DNA of 64,000 nucleotides from Pseudovirgaria hyperparasitica (taxonomy: Eukaryota). The stretch lies in the NCBI GenBank assembly GCA_010093815.1, contig ML996565.1; one strand, 5' to 3'. Shown here piece by piece: positions 23,925-39,776 of the stretch. The position numbers and the translations under genes were made by a program. Numbering within the stretch: position 1 is the first letter of the stretch; every line of letters begins with the position of its first letter. Under the pieces are notes generated by a model. That model did no database searches. It was not told the origin of the DNA and worked only from the letters and a program-made list of their open reading frames with translations.

Positions 23925-26900
23925 ATGGACGACCATTATCGTTCAAATGGTTTGTTGACGCACATTGCTAGACGCGCCACTGCTAACCTTGAATTTTAGG
24001 TGTACAACCTCAGAACAACTACGGCACACCTGGCTCGATGCATACGTTACCTCCTCTGAACGGCTCCAATCAATACCCGCCCATGTACGGCCAGCAGGGT
24101 CCTGGCAGTAACCCTCAGACTCCATTGCCTCCACATACCACGGGCTCATCGGCTGGCTCAATACCGTCAATGTCTGCGCATCCGCCATTGAGACCGCTGC
24201 AGCCTTCAATCGGCTCCATGACTTATCCGCCATATTCCTCTGCACAGTCAAGCCCATATCCCACATCCACTGCGCCAGGTCAACAGATTGCACCTGCACC
24301 CATGTCCGGTGGTCCTATGCAAGAGCTGCGACCCATGCCTCCGAATCAATTGGCAATGCCGCACTATGGAGGGCATGCGCTCATGTCGCAACAGCAGCAC
24401 ATGGGTAATCAACAAGATCAAGAGCCAATTCACGTGGTTGGCCAGCAAGGTCGTCGCGGTGTTCTGCCCACTGTACCTGGCAGGACCCCACCATCAGCTG
24501 GAAAGCCGGCGACCAACCCCACCAAAAACGCTGACAACAAGTTCGAATGCCCCCATTGCAACAAGACATATCTGCATCTCAAGCACCTGAAGCGTCATCT
24601 GCTGCGCCGTACGTATCGTTAATTTTGTGCCTTGTTGTTGCTTTGCTTACTCCATTCTAGACACTGGCGAACGGCCCTATCAATGCCATCTTTGCAAAGA
24701 TACCTTTTCGCGGAGTGATATTCTCAAGCGTCATTTCCAAAAATGCTCGATACGCAGGGGCAATCCGACTGGTGCAAACCACCTGGCCCATTCGCAATCG
24801 CACCTCAGAAGAAACAGACCGTCCGGCACTTCGGGTGAACAGAACTTTGTTCCGGGGATGCCCAACATGCCTTTCACGAGTGCCGGGTATGGTAACTCTG
24901 TTCCTGGCATGGCGCCGATTGCAAATGGCCAGCCTGGGTACAACGGCATGGATTCACTTTCTGCTCGCACGTCCAGGTCAAACAGCCTGATCCGTCCGAC
25001 CGACAGCTTGAATGACACTAGGCGCAACATGCCAGGTATGGAGATGAGCAACTCGCGGGGTCATTATGATGACTTTCGTGGAGCCGGAGCTATGGGAAGT
25101 AACATGGGCCATCCGTCTTCAGGGTACGCTACTCCTCAATCGTCTACCCAAGTACATCAACCTTATGGTCTGAACCAGAAACCAAGCAGTGCCGAGCTTC
25201 GCGGCGTGGCAGTAAAGAGCGAGAGCTCATCACCCGCCCACTACAATCGCAACCAGCCGTCACGATTCAATGCTCCGGGGCCCCAACAGCCATGGTCCCA
25301 ATATCATGGCGAGGGATCAGACAACCACTATCAGCCAAACGTCACTTCTGCGCCACCTGGGTTGAAAGTCGAATCGAACCAATCTCACTCATATGCAGAG
25401 GGTGATTACGGAACTCCTTCGAATGAAGGGCTCTTCAACACCCTCTATCCCGGTTCATCGTCCTTTAACGAACCACCGGCAATGAATGACAATTGGTTGT
25501 TTGCGTCCGATCCTTTACCAAACAAAGTGGAATCGCTAATCTCTCTTTGTTACCCAGATACCAATAACTTACCCCAAGATGATGTGCTAGGGCGACAGAG
25601 GCTAAAAGAGCTGTTCACTGTCGAAAATGTCAAGCATTTTATTCAACATTCCATCAACTACCACACTCACTGGCCGATGATTCATCTCCCAACCTACGAT
25701 CCAGCACGGTCGAGCGATCGACTCGTCCTTTCCATTATTACGCTCGGCTCCGCCTGGTCTGATCGCCTCAGTCATCCCGAAGTACGGTGGCTCATGGATG
25801 TCATCCGATGTGCCATATACCGTTCCTCGCCAGTCATACAGCTTCTCAACAACTCACAATCCTCTCCTCGCGGTAGCGATATCGATCTCGAAGAACTTCA
25901 AGCTCTGGTCATTCTGAATTCTCTATTCATCTGGCATGGCGACGTACACCAACGAAAGCTTGGGCGCGAAGAAGTGCCCACCCTACGGCGCATCGCACAG
26001 CAGATGGATCTATTCAGTGTCTTTGGTGTCAAGGATTCTCGGCACAGTGCTCTTCATCGCCGTCACAGCTTGAACGATCCTCCACTCTCGCCTTGGTCGT
26101 GGGACACCTGGCTCGCACAAGAAAAGAGGATCAGGACGCTGTATCTGATATTTCTCATCGACGCTGCGATGGTGATCTTCTTCAACGCAAAGGCATCCTT
26201 TGACATATTCGAGCTTCGGGTCCCGTTGCCCGCGGATGATGCCGCATGGGATGCACAAAACGCCACCGAATGTGCCGACGCGCTCGGCATTCATGGGCCT
26301 GCTGCGCAAGCCAGGAATGTCACAGGCTCGAGAAGAAAGCAACAAGTGTACTTGCATGACGCGTTGATGCTGCTACTACAAAACACGTACGATTTCGTGC
26401 CAAACACTACCAACGCCTACGGCAAGTTTATACTCATACATGGCCTGCACAACCATCTGAATAATATTCAACGGCAAGAACAGAATGGAAAGTTATCATA
26501 CAGTTTGCCTGCCAGTGGCGCCAGTACGCCCATGTCTCAACGAGATTGGGTTGCATCGGATGGCCAGCCCAGCACTTCCGGACGTGGTACCAGTAGCCCT
26601 GCAACACCAGTGGATGGCCCAACCACCCTTCATCTCTCTGCGAACCCTCACCTTAAGACGATGCATATGGCCCTGGAGAAGTGGAAGATGACCTGGGATT
26701 CGGATATAGTCCGACAATATCCGCCGAATAAAGATATTCACCGTGTTGGCTTTTGCCGCGACGCTGTACCGTTCTACTATCTCGCATCAATCTTCCTCAG
26801 AGTTCGAGCCGAACACTGGCACGTGCCAGCGGATGAGCAGTTCGCCCACGCCTTTGCAATGCTCAAGCAGGCTGGGAAGTTTCAAGATGCGCACGGAGGA

Positions 26901-27035
26901 TCTGTTGCAAGCATGGACGATAGGTACGGCATGGATGCCTTGACGCAAAACGTCAGCATGTTATTCTCTCGCGTCAGCCAGTCGGAGCAGACTCTTCCCT
27001 CGATCGCAAACAGCTTGCACCCTCGCATGATGTAA
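23925..27035 (+). CDS. C2H2 zinc-finger transcription factor with C-terminal fungal TF (MHR) domain, about 1002 aa (resembles the RfeC-type family)
   Basis: Exons 23925-23949, 24000-24608, 24661-27035. [78 protein letters not shown] and VPLPADDAAWDA. Confidence 0.88.
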
Positions 27036-28549
27036 AGTCTCTTCATGTCTACGAACATAACGATATCCATCTTTCGCCTCGGTCTAATTCGTTCTTGTAC
27101 CGATCGCTATGCGCATACCATCTCCATCTATCGCTTCGACAGCGAGAACACCCAGTTGAACATCAGTCACGATATAAATTGTTCCGCAACTCGTGGTACG
27201 GTTGCGTGAGCCTCCTTCACCCTCTTCATCGTCTTGGGATAAGACATTCTCTTCTAATTGGTATACCCAGCGCTGTGGTAATCCATTGCATTTACAAAAA
27301 AGAAAAAATCTCGGCATGGGTTCCCGGTAAAAGCTAATATTTTTACTACGCAAAGCATAGAGGTACGACAACAATAGACAACAAGTAACGGCCGACGGCG
27401 ATAGACGGGCCTGGACGCCCGGATCCATATTCTTTCGCCATTTATGTTTCTTGTATTCAAACATTCGATGCATTCAACCTTCTTACAACGCATTCTATGG
27501 TTCTTCGATGCAGTTGTCGGGACTACCGGCTGGCGAATGTTACGACTTGGGCGGAATGGTGGTCTCTTTGCATTTACGGCTTTCGTGTTGTGTTCTGTTC
27601 TGTTGCTCGATCATATTATTCTCGCGTTGATTCCCCATCACGCAAAAGTACACAGTTGCATCCACCACGCGGCTTCGGGTGTCTGTTATTCTTGAACTGT
27701 TTCGGTTTTATGTTTTTTTCTCATCGCATCGGTCGGACTTTTGCTTCTTTCACATTGAGAAACCACATTGCATCATTTCTCATCTTTTTGCATCGCATAG
27801 AACTAGAAGAAAAAAGGAAGGGAAAACATCGGCTCCCTCGGCGACGAGTGTAGAATGGAAATAGTACATGTCTTTAGAACGTGTACGGGACGTAGCGTGA
27901 GACGGCCTTGAAACCGTCTGCATGTTGCGCGCGCCGAGGGAACGCAGATTGTATTTGTCCGCTGGTCCATCCTCCATGGATGGTAAACTGCGATTTGTGT
28001 ACATACGAAGCAAACTTGACCAATTCAAAAAGTTAACTCGAAGATCAAAAACCTTGTGCGTTTCATAATGCCTCCTTGCGGTCTGGCGATGAACATTGAT
28101 AAGAAGTAAGCCTCTGTAGCTACGTATCTGTCGTCTTACTAGACTACTTATCTCAATCCAGACATCCGAGTAGATTACTGTACCAGCCGCAATGTGAATT
28201 TACATTATAAGACCATGAAGGTCGCGGAAGAATGACCGGCTTTGTCCCTCACCCGAGTGGACGCTATGACGTAACTCGTTCTCTGCGCGAAGCTTTACGT
28301 ATGTGCATGCAGTTGCGGCATGATTAGTAGCTATGTGACCCCCTCCTAATACTTCGAAGTGTTAGAGAAGTCCTACCATTTGACATGCACACACGCCCAG
28401 TATTGTTACTCTCCAGATCGAGACACATAAGACTGTCCAAAGCTTCATTGCAACGGATTTGCCATTCGATATCTACGGCAACCTTTCAAAACAGCATATT
28501 CACCCCCCGTTGCTTGTGGAACTTGCAGCAGCGAAGATCAAAGGTCAAG

Positions 28550-29793
28550 ATGGTAGATGCGACCAATAATCCACTCTCTGGCTTGTGGAAAAATACACAA
28601 GTCGAACAAGTATATTATGGTCCAGACTGTGTGAACAAGCATCTCGTCGATACGCTTCCGTCTTCATCCTCAAAAGCCTTCATCATCACGGGGTCATCAC
28701 TGGCAGAGAAGACACAATTGGTATCGCAGGTGGAGAAACTGCTTGGGGAGCGGCATGCAGGTACATTCTCGAAAATCAAACAACATGCACCAGTCGCAGA
28801 GTAGGTATTTTCTTAATCGCATCTGATATCATCTAACGTCATACCCGTAGTCTCGATAAAGCTACTGAACAGGTCCAGCATGACTCTACCATTGACACGA
28901 TTATCTCGATTGGAGGTGGGAGTCCCATCGATTCCGCAAAAGCAATTTCCTACCGATTGAACGAGAAGAGCCAAAAATATCTTTACCACATAACCATCCC
29001 AACCACGTTATCCGCCGCGGAATGTACCATGATGGCTGGTTACACCAACCTTGAAGGTAAAAAGGTTGGTGTAGCACACCCACGACTAGTACCAAATGTC
29101 ATCTTTTACGATGCCAAGTTCGCTCTCGAGACGCCATCTCGTCTGTGGATTTCCACTGGAATACGAGCGCTAGATCATGCTGTGGAAACCATGTATCACC
29201 CAACCGCCAGCGAGTCACCTGCCAGACAGATGGCGATTAATGCTGTTTCTGGACTGTTCACGCACCTTCCAAAGTACAAGGAAGATTCTAAGAACATAGA
29301 CCACATTACTAATCTTCAACTTGCTTCGTACGGATCCTTGGGGTTCATCGGACTGAACCTAAAAGGCGGCCTGGGACTCTCGCATTCTCTTGGTCAGTAC
29401 AAATGCTGGACACTCCGGCGCCGGTTGTGCAGCCTAGGCTAACGTGCAACAGGGTATGCATTGGGCTCACCGTATGGAATCCCACACGGCATCACTTCGT
29501 GTTTGACACTCGGCCACGTGGTCAAACTCAAAGCCGAGGATCCCAAGAGTGCAGAGCAATTGGCTCGCCTGCTTCCTTTTATCGGGCATGGTCGGACTGG
29601 TAACGACGAAGCCGATGCAACGAAACTTGGAGATGAGATCCTTAACCTAGTGAACAATCTTGGACTGGCTAGCAGACTGGGCGACCACAAGGTAGGCGAT
29701 GACCAGGCTCCTATCGTCGCCAAGTTGGCCACAGGATCTGATAGCGGCGTTCTGTATGACAAGGTCTTGCAGCTGGTCAAGACTTTGTATTAA
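28550..29793 (+). CDS. Iron-containing alcohol dehydrogenase / maleylacetate-reductase-like (DHQ synthase fold), about 377 aa; alternative start at 28385
   Basis: Exons 28550-28800, 28851-29392, 29453-29793. ISIGGGSPIDSAKAI, IPTTLSAAE, RALDHAVE, GLSHSLGYALG, IPHG metal-ligand motifs. Confidence 0.9.
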
Positions 29794-32207
29794 AGGAGAA
29801 TGCACGTACAATGCAAGACATGAGTGGACTCGGATCGTCATACCCTTTTGATGCCCTCGCTGCAACACAGTTGCCAGGAATGGAGTCGATCCTGCACCCT
29901 CGCGCATCGTGCTGACCAACGTGCTGCACGTCTAATAGGCGAGCATCCATCGTATGACCGCGGTGTCTCGCTTCCAAGTCATATCGCTCTTGAGGCGCCA
30001 CACCAATCATTTTGTATACCACACACGTAAAGGTTAGGTCACTGCTGCGGGGTCAGGCAAGCAAGGCTGTACCGTAGAATCGAACTCATATAATGTTCTA
30101 CCAAGCCCTGGCTCCAGCCTTGCTATGAGTAACGATAGTCTTGAATGATCGTCACAATGTCGTCGTGGTATGCTTCTTGAACTCAACTTGAGATTAGCTA
30201 ACGTTAGACTTGAGTGCGTACTCTCGAGAAAGATCTATCTTCAAGCTGAAGCAGTGGTATACGAGCTGTGAGACCGACTATCAACCTCCTCATGTGACAG
30301 ATGTTGCTCTGGGCATGTATGTCCTGAATATTGTTGCTCCTGGAGGTGGCGATGCATTAGGGACGCCGGCCAGGATCAAAGGAAGGGATGCAATATACCA
30401 CACCGCTTTTTGTTCGACCATACATGATATGTACAAAGCAGCAGATCTTAGCTATCCAGGAGCTGAAATGTTATCGTTCTCCTCATTTGGACTAGCGCAG
30501 CGTTGAGCCAGGGGCCGGGACCTGCGGAGCGCGCGCTTTTGCAAACTCTGGCTTTGTATCTAACTTTTATATGTATCGTTCCATCTTGTAGTGCCATTTG
30601 AGATCTGTACACTACCAAGTAGGGCGCATCATTGTTCAGAGCGGTCCGTGTACAATTCCCCTGGATCTGTGGCTGCTATGATGCATAATTGATATATATA
30701 TAAAGTATATGTCTAACCATAGTCGGTTAGTCGCATACCTCAAATGTTCAGTACTATTCTCTGCATGTGCTACTTGTTGCCCCTCATCCCGCAGTCACCT
30801 CCGCATCACCATCTTCGCCCTGCTCATCGCATATCATATGCATACTGTTACTCCTTGATTTGGTCTACATGGGTGCAGCTTTTTCGATTTGTCACTTCGC
30901 CATCGATGCCAGGTAGCAGTACCACGTAAAGTTGCCGCCCGCGTGCCGAAAGATCAAAGATGATCATGGTCTGCCAACGAGAAAAGAGTCACAGCATGTC
31001 TAGCATTTCCAGCCGCACTTTGGACGGCAACATTGTGCCGAAATACTGAAGCTCAACATGCCTCTGCGTCCAAACCAGGACCAGTGTGGTTATCCTTGTA
31101 ATTCTACGGCCGAGGCTGTCTTGTATCTCCTGGGACATTCGAGGTACTCAGGGCTATCAAAAGCCTAGCAATGTGCGTGTTCGACTGGTACCAGTCCCCA
31201 GTCATACCTCCATCCAGCAACGGAGTTAAGGGCAAGTTGTGTAGCCACAGCCTTGTTGAATTAAGCACACTGCCCTAGAAGCATTGCTGAAGGATCAGCA
31301 ACTCACGAATGAACGGGTCTGCGGCAGCTAGACCTGCCAGGATCCTATGGGTAGTCTTCTCGAACGTTGCAAGGTCCAGGTAGCTGCTTTGACAAAGACA
31401 ACGCCATCTGACTAATGCTCCCACCACACTGTGAGAGAGTCGCAGACTCCCAATGAGAAGTGAGAATTAACATTGACCGATTTAGGCAAGGCGCGAGTCT
31501 AAGCCCACATCAAGCCTAGCGCGAGACAGGTCCCTGGAACTGGACACGATACTGCACGCTCATTGGCGGAATATTCTCGAGAAACAAGGATATATTTGGG
31601 TGAGAAGATACCCAAATCGATCCTCCGCACGGCCTCCCGGTCGAGGAGTTCAGGCCGCTTCTGACCCTTTTTTAGAGCCCCGGTAACAAATAAGCCTGAG
31701 TCTCACAGGGTCCTCGGGTCTGAATGGCTCTTTGTGCGTTGCAAGGCGGTCAGACTTCCGAGTTCATGCACGACCAGCTATTCTCATGCTGCTACCGTTC
31801 GTGCCGATGCCGCCCTATTAGCTTCGGAAATCTGGGGGTCCAGTTGACAACAGTATCTTGTAATTTGTGACCAGGTCGATGTGGGCTGGATTTGATAAAC
31901 CTGTCAACGTTAGCCTTGCAGGGCAAAGCTTTCGACGTGTCGGCCGGTCTCTCCAGCTTTGATATAAGGTGACTTGGCCCAGCTGATTCACGCTGGTGAT
32001 CCAAAGTTACGCTACTTCTTGCTGTACCATATTGGCAGATCTTTTCGATAAACAGCTTCGTCCGAGACTTCTCCGCACTATCTACAGCCAGATCTTTAAA
32101 GCATACTCCAGCTTCGAGAGACTTCTATTGCTCATCACTACATCCGACCATACCGGCAGCTGTAGCTACTCTTTGTCTTAAGTCGCCTTCATACCCATCA
32201 TATCATC

Positions 32208-33151
32208 ATGGAGAATCCAGCATACGAGTACTGGATGTCACAAAATTCATATATCCACCAGAATGTTTTCGACTACTCCACACCAGAGCTATCAGCAGTC
32301 TCAAGTTTAAGTGCTTCACCCGTATGTTAATAGCTCCTTTTGGAAAGGGTATGCCTTCGACCTCAAAAACTGATATATGAATTCCGTTCAGACATCAACC
32401 ACATTCGACAGTGTCCCGCAAAGTATGGCGATGCCAATGTACAACAGCACATATAACCACTTCAGCGACGACACCACGCCGTACACCTTCCACTCCATCA
32501 CACCACCTTCACATTCAGGCTCGGACGAGAGCCCGTACTGCAGTCCGCGGCAGCACGCCGCAGATATCGTCGGCGCATTCGCACCGCTCCCACCACCTCT
32601 ACCTCAGGAGAAGCAGCACACCACAAGCGGGGTAAGTCTTCCACCCTTCTCACCAGCCCCCCCTGTCTCCCAGTTCCAAAACTACATGCTCGAATACGAA
32701 AGAGAGACCCCTGAAAAAGCTCTTTCTTCACCTGCGTGATCACACCCTCACATACATACAAACATACACAAATATACACATCCTGACTCACCACTGGCAG
32801 CGCCGACGAGCCCAAAACCGCGCAGCACAACGCGCCTTCCGCGAGCGCAAGGAGCGCCACGCAAAGGACCTCGAGACGCAACTCACCGCCCTAACCGAAA
32901 AGTACCGCAACCTCGAGACGTCCCACGCCGAACTCGCAGCCGCATACGAGAAGCTGCGCAAGACGATACAGGTCCTGACCAAGGACGAGGATAACAACAG
33001 CGGCGGTGGCGGCGGCGGCGAGACCCTCCGCAAGCTGCTCTCTATTCTCCATGGCGAGGTCACGAATCGCGTGAAGCGAGAAGAAGAAGAGGACGGGGAG
33101 GAAGGGGACGTGGAAGGGGACAGGGATAGCGACGACAGGTTACTTGTGTGA
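32208..33151 (+). CDS. bZIP transcription factor (Yap/AP-1/Fcr3-like basic region), about 234 aa
   Basis: Exons 32208-32321, 32392-32631, 32801-33151 (phase-0 GT..AG). RRRAQNRAAQRAFRERKERHAKDLETQL...L...H...L heptads. The bZIP exon is absent from the ORF track. The 5' exon structure is less certain. Confidence 0.82.
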
Positions 33152-34799
33152 GCATCTCGAATTTGGGAGCTCGATCGCCCAAGATACGAGGCGAGCGGGG
33201 GGGAAAAGGGCATTTGCGGGCGTTCTATTCTGAATTTCCAAGGTTTTGTGTTCAGGCTGGTCGCCATCGTCGATGGGAACCGACCGGATGACCGAAGAGG
33301 CGCAGACATGGGGGGGGTTTATGGATGGTTACAAAACCGGAGTCCTGCCCGCGGAGCATGGATGGTGTCATTATTCTTTTTTCTCTGCAGCGGTTCTTCG
33401 TTTTTTTTTTGGGGGGTTCTCGTTGGAAACGCTCCTATCGCGTTGTCTGAAAGCACGCAGCTCAGTCTGTTCGGCACGAGCAAGCATTCAAGCAAGCTTA
33501 GAAAAATAGGTAATATGACATCTCGCGGCATAACCTTCTTTGTGCTCTCTGCATGGGTTGACTAATCCCATCCTGCTTCCTTCCCTCCCTACTTCACCTC
33601 GCAGATACCCCCACCTCCCCCACTTCTCACCTCCCAATCACCCTTTACCCACCCCCTCTCTCAACCGCCAATACTTCCCTCCCCGCACACATACACACAC
33701 ACACACACACATGCAAGTCTTGCTCCAAGTACCTAGTCCCGCGATTCATTTGTATACATGTACATGTCTATGTACATATGTACACACACATATATATATA
33801 CATCCTTCTGCACCGATACGATAGTTCCACGCCTAATGCGCCCCATCCATCGTCTCATCTTCTCTTCCCCCGCTGACTATCGATTTTGTGTATTTATTCA
33901 TCTATTTGTCTATGTACCTGTCTCTGTCTATCTGTCCAGAGTACACTGAATCGTTTTCTGTGAATGGCTATACATGCCCCTCGTCTCTTCTCCCTGCCTG
34001 ATAATCGCGTGGTTCTACACTGGCATGCTTGTTCCTGTGCGATGTTTTGGCTTTGTTGTCGTTCGGGATGTGTGTGTATGGAGATGTACATGTACATCCC
34101 AGCCAAGCTCCATCAACAAGTCAGCGCGGCGAATTATCACAGATCTCTAGAAATATATGTGATGCTCCTGCTCCTACTACTACTGCTGCAGCTGATGACG
34201 CCGATGCTGCTGCTTATAACGCTGCAGCATATGATGACGGTAACCACCCAGACCCCCCCCCCCCCCCCATATCGACAGGCAGGGATATCTAGAAACAGCA
34301 CGGTAAGTTAAACAGGAGACACTAATTCTAGCCGTGGCCTACATTGACGAGGCGCTTTGCCGGAATTTTATTTCGGTTCGTGGTGTGTGGTGTGGATGTG
34401 TGTGGGCTTGCATGGATGGTGCTAGTGACGTGCTTATGCGCGAGAGATATAGCGGGAGTGTGCAGGGATTGGATAATTAGTCGTGGTGGGGGAAAATGTG
34501 GGAAAGCTATTATTAGGTGGGTGCGTGGGAGGGAGTGACTGCGGGTATCTTTCCGAATGTGCTATGTCTGTGTGTCTGTGCGTGTATATGGGTATGTAAG
34601 TAATACGAGGAGGAAGAGATTCAAGAGAGAGCGCGAGAGACAGAGATAGAGCGAGGGGAGGGGGCTAGGGTTGAAGGGGTGTAAGGGCTGGACTTGAGGT
34701 TGCACAACTGCGGGCGCGGCGACGGTGTGGGGTGGAGGTGTGTGGTACTTATATAGATTTAAACATGGAATTGTCTGTGCGGGTGACTGTCTACGTTGT

Positions 34800-35545
34800 A
34801 GTCTAGGATGGTGGTTATAAGTTTTATATACATAATAACCTTATAATCTATTATATATAATATATAAGTTATATAGAATAAGAGTCTAGCTCTACTCTAT
34901 TCTATTCTATAGAAGTACGTTCTCTAGTATTCTATAGAAGAGTTCTAGTTCTACTCTACTCTAGAGCTATTCTAGCTCTACTCTACTCTAGAGCTATTCT
35001 AGCTCTACTCTACTCTAGAGCTATTCTAGCTCTACTCTACTCTAGAGCTATTCTAGTCCTACTCTACTCTAGAGCTATTCTACCTCTACTCACTCTAGAG
35101 GTAACTAGCTCTATTCTACTCTAGAGACTAGACTAGACTCTATAACTTCCTTAGAGACTATAGACTAGGAGACTTATATTAATATAAGCTAGTACTAGCT
35201 TATATTAGATTAAGTGGGAATCGGAAGTATATGGATAGAGGTAATATATTAATTAATATATTAACTCTTAGCGTACCAAAATGGACTAAATCGGATAGTT
35301 ATGGAATACTATTGGTATTTAGTATACCATTTAATGTATATTATCGATTCTTGATAATAACGCACGTAAATTATATATATATAGACCTTCCTATAGCCAT
35401 AGATAGTCGTCTCTTTAAGCCTTTCAATTAAATATACTTTATATACTATATATTGTGTCCCTTGGTCTTATTCATTCAAGATACCTTCTACACTGCCTAT
35501 CCTCCTAAGGGTATTATATATATCTATTTTATATATACCCTTTTA
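34800..35545. mobile_element. AT-rich, RIP-like degenerate repeat relic (element class not identifiable)
   Basis: Abrupt drop in GC, strong TpA/TAG/CTA excess, near absence of CpA/TpG, no convincing ORF. Confidence 0.6.
34949..35136. repeat. 27-bp minisatellite CTCTACTCTACTCTAGAGCTATTCTAG, about 5 near-perfect plus 2 degenerate copies
   Basis: Perfect units at 34976-35002, 35003-35029 and 35030-35056; variant units on both flanks. Confidence 0.92.
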
Positions 35546-36981
35546 AAACTTTTATAGTGGTAGTGCAGCGAGGGAAGGGGAAAAGAAAAAGAACATGATC
35601 AGATCAACGGTATATGAATAGCTAGTAAACAGGGAATGGATTGCATTCGCCTAAAATGATGGGTGGTGCCCGCAAGCGTGGGAATTACTTTCTTGGTTTC
35701 TTGTTTATTCAGTCAGTAGGCAAGACTTATTGTCGTATAGGAATTTGATCTACGGTAGGGAAACACACAGTTCAGCGGCCATCGAGACTGAACGTATTCA
35801 CGAAAAATATCCTTCTCTACGCACAAGAAGCGGACAGAATGAGCGTTTCCGCACCGTTATTAACTCCACAGTCCTCTTTCCTCATACATCTCAGGGCTGC
35901 AGACCACACACTATAAGAGTATCATGACCTTGACGACACAGAACCCCTATGGCTGCTCGAATGAACGTAGCGTGCCTCACCAGTTGCTTACAGCATAAAG
36001 CCCGGCACACATCACGGACCTGCATCCGAGCCCTGACGTCAAAGAAGGCATCTCAGATGGTTCTAAGAGCAATGATCATCCTAGAGCACGCCATTTAGCT
36101 GCCTAAGCTTTGAACAAGCTCATAGTTACCGACTAGTTGTCACGCTCCAATCTTACATTGTGAGATCCGGTCCTGGGAGGAACTTGAGGAACAGCCGGTG
36201 ATCTTGGCTTTGCTGCCGTCAGCTGATTACCAAGGGCTTACGGGCTTTCAAGACTAAGTTTACTCTACCTTCCGTTCGTATTGACTGATTACTGGGATTC
36301 TGATAGTTAGGCTGAGGTGGCGATTCAGCACATCTCTACGCTTAGGCGTCTGATATTGAGGCTTGCTATATAATGTTAAAGAATATACACTTCAAGCCTT
36401 CTGTGATTACATTACCAGTGCTATATTCTCCCTGTATAGAGTATGTAAATGCGTCCTGGGTCGTATGATTCAAAGCTGTAATGCGTCACTCACCAGCAGT
36501 CCGCGAGTTCCAGCCACAATACCTACATTGAGTAGGAGCGATTTGATGTAGATCCTAGTATCGTAGGAGTATGGTACTACGATTCTACCATATTTCAAGG
36601 ATTCCTCTATCCGATAAGGAATACCCCGAGGCTATTCTTGTCAGACTCATTTGTGTAGGCTGGTTCACTGAGCTGCTCTTAAGGAACCTGGGGACGTGAT
36701 CTATGAATAGTAGAAATTACAGGGCTGCTATTTTCATCCCCTAACGGAGAGATGAATTGTTTTATATCATGTCATTATGAGCGGACAGATGATATCGTCA
36801 ACTCCAAGCAGTTGTTATGCATGTATAGCCAACTTGTGTCAATGGAGTATTTGTCTTCGCTATGGCTGATAGGGGGTAATGCAACAAGACCCTTCATAGG
36901 CAATTGAACACGATAGAAAAGTCATTCGACAATCCGCCTCTCCCTTCACATCCTCCCAACCTACCTCCTCCCCCAACATGA

Positions 36982-37560
36982 CTAAACCCTCTCCGCCGCA
37001 GGCCTCAAATCCAACTCATGCGTCCACAGCTCCACCCTCTGCCCATGCAGCCACAGATACGTCTCCCCAACCCCATTACTACTCATCGTCCTCCCCCGAT
37101 CCTGCCGCCACGCCATGCCCATCCCCAATCGCCCCATTCGCAATCGCATGCACAACATGCATGCACGCCCTTCTCACTGAAACTCGCGCGCCAGCGCCTG
37201 GCTCAACTGCCGCACCCCGGCCCGGCCCGCGCCATCCATAGCTCGCGTTACACCGCAGCGCGTCCCAGCGTGCCCGTGAAGATCAACGTCCCTTTCTTCG
37301 ACGGCGACGGCGCGCTAGCGTCCTGGAGTGTGGCTTCGCCGTGGTCGGCGAAGAAGCGTGCGAGGGGAGAGAGCTGTGCGAATTGGAAGGCGCTGCCGAT
37401 GTATTGTGTGATGCTGTCTGTGAAGTCGGCGTGTGTTTCCTGCGTGAAGGGTTTTTTTGGCGGGGTGTTTGGTGCTGTGGATTGCTATGTTGAGCTTTAG
37501 GCTGGTGAAGCTGGGGTGCGAGGAGATGCTGGCGAAGGTGTTAATACGGGATCGGACGGG
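36982..37560 (-). pseudogene. Short-chain dehydrogenase/reductase pseudogene (C-terminal two-thirds, multiple frameshifts)
   Basis: Pieces in shifting frames: KKPFTQETHADF..., KKGTLIFTGTLG, ALRCNASYG, GAGRAGVRQLSQALAREF, SEKGVH, VVHAIANGAI, VGETYLWLHGQ..LWTHELDLRPAAER. No N-terminal Rossmann motif was found. Confidence 0.75.
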
Positions 37561-37865
37561 GTTTGCTAGTGGATTGCAATATAGGTTTCTCAAGATGAGA
37601 AAAGCGAGGCCGTTCGGCGCCACATTATGGATCAGTTTTATGAGTTCGATTAGCTTGTGTTCACTGATCGGATGTTTCCAGTTCAAGTACCACGTATATG
37701 AAGTTTTCCTGGTTCTCATAACAGCAAGCTCCGATCATGACGTCGGAGGCCATGTGCATCATGCCCCTGAACGGTAGCGTGTTAGAACTAACCGTCACAA
37801 TTGCAGCTTTGACGCTTTCGATCACACTTGGCATACCATACATACACTAGCTCTACTATCAACAA

Positions 37866-37983
37866 CCCTACTTCTACACAACCACAGCCCTACTTCTACA
37901 CAACCACAGCCCTACTTCTACACAACCACAGCCCTACTTCTACACAACCACAGCCCTACTTCTACACAACCACAGCCCTACTT

Positions 37984-37997
<14 letters not shown>
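37866..37997. repeat. 22-bp minisatellite CCCTACTTCTACACAACCACAG x6, perfect
   Basis: Six identical consecutive units; the rightmost unit overlaps the arylsulfatase stop codon. Confidence 0.97.

Positions 37998-39776
<1,779 letters not shown>

Noticed and set aside
29800..32200. Possible hidden gene between Fe-ADH and bZIP
   Set aside because: No consistent exon chain or motif found by eye.
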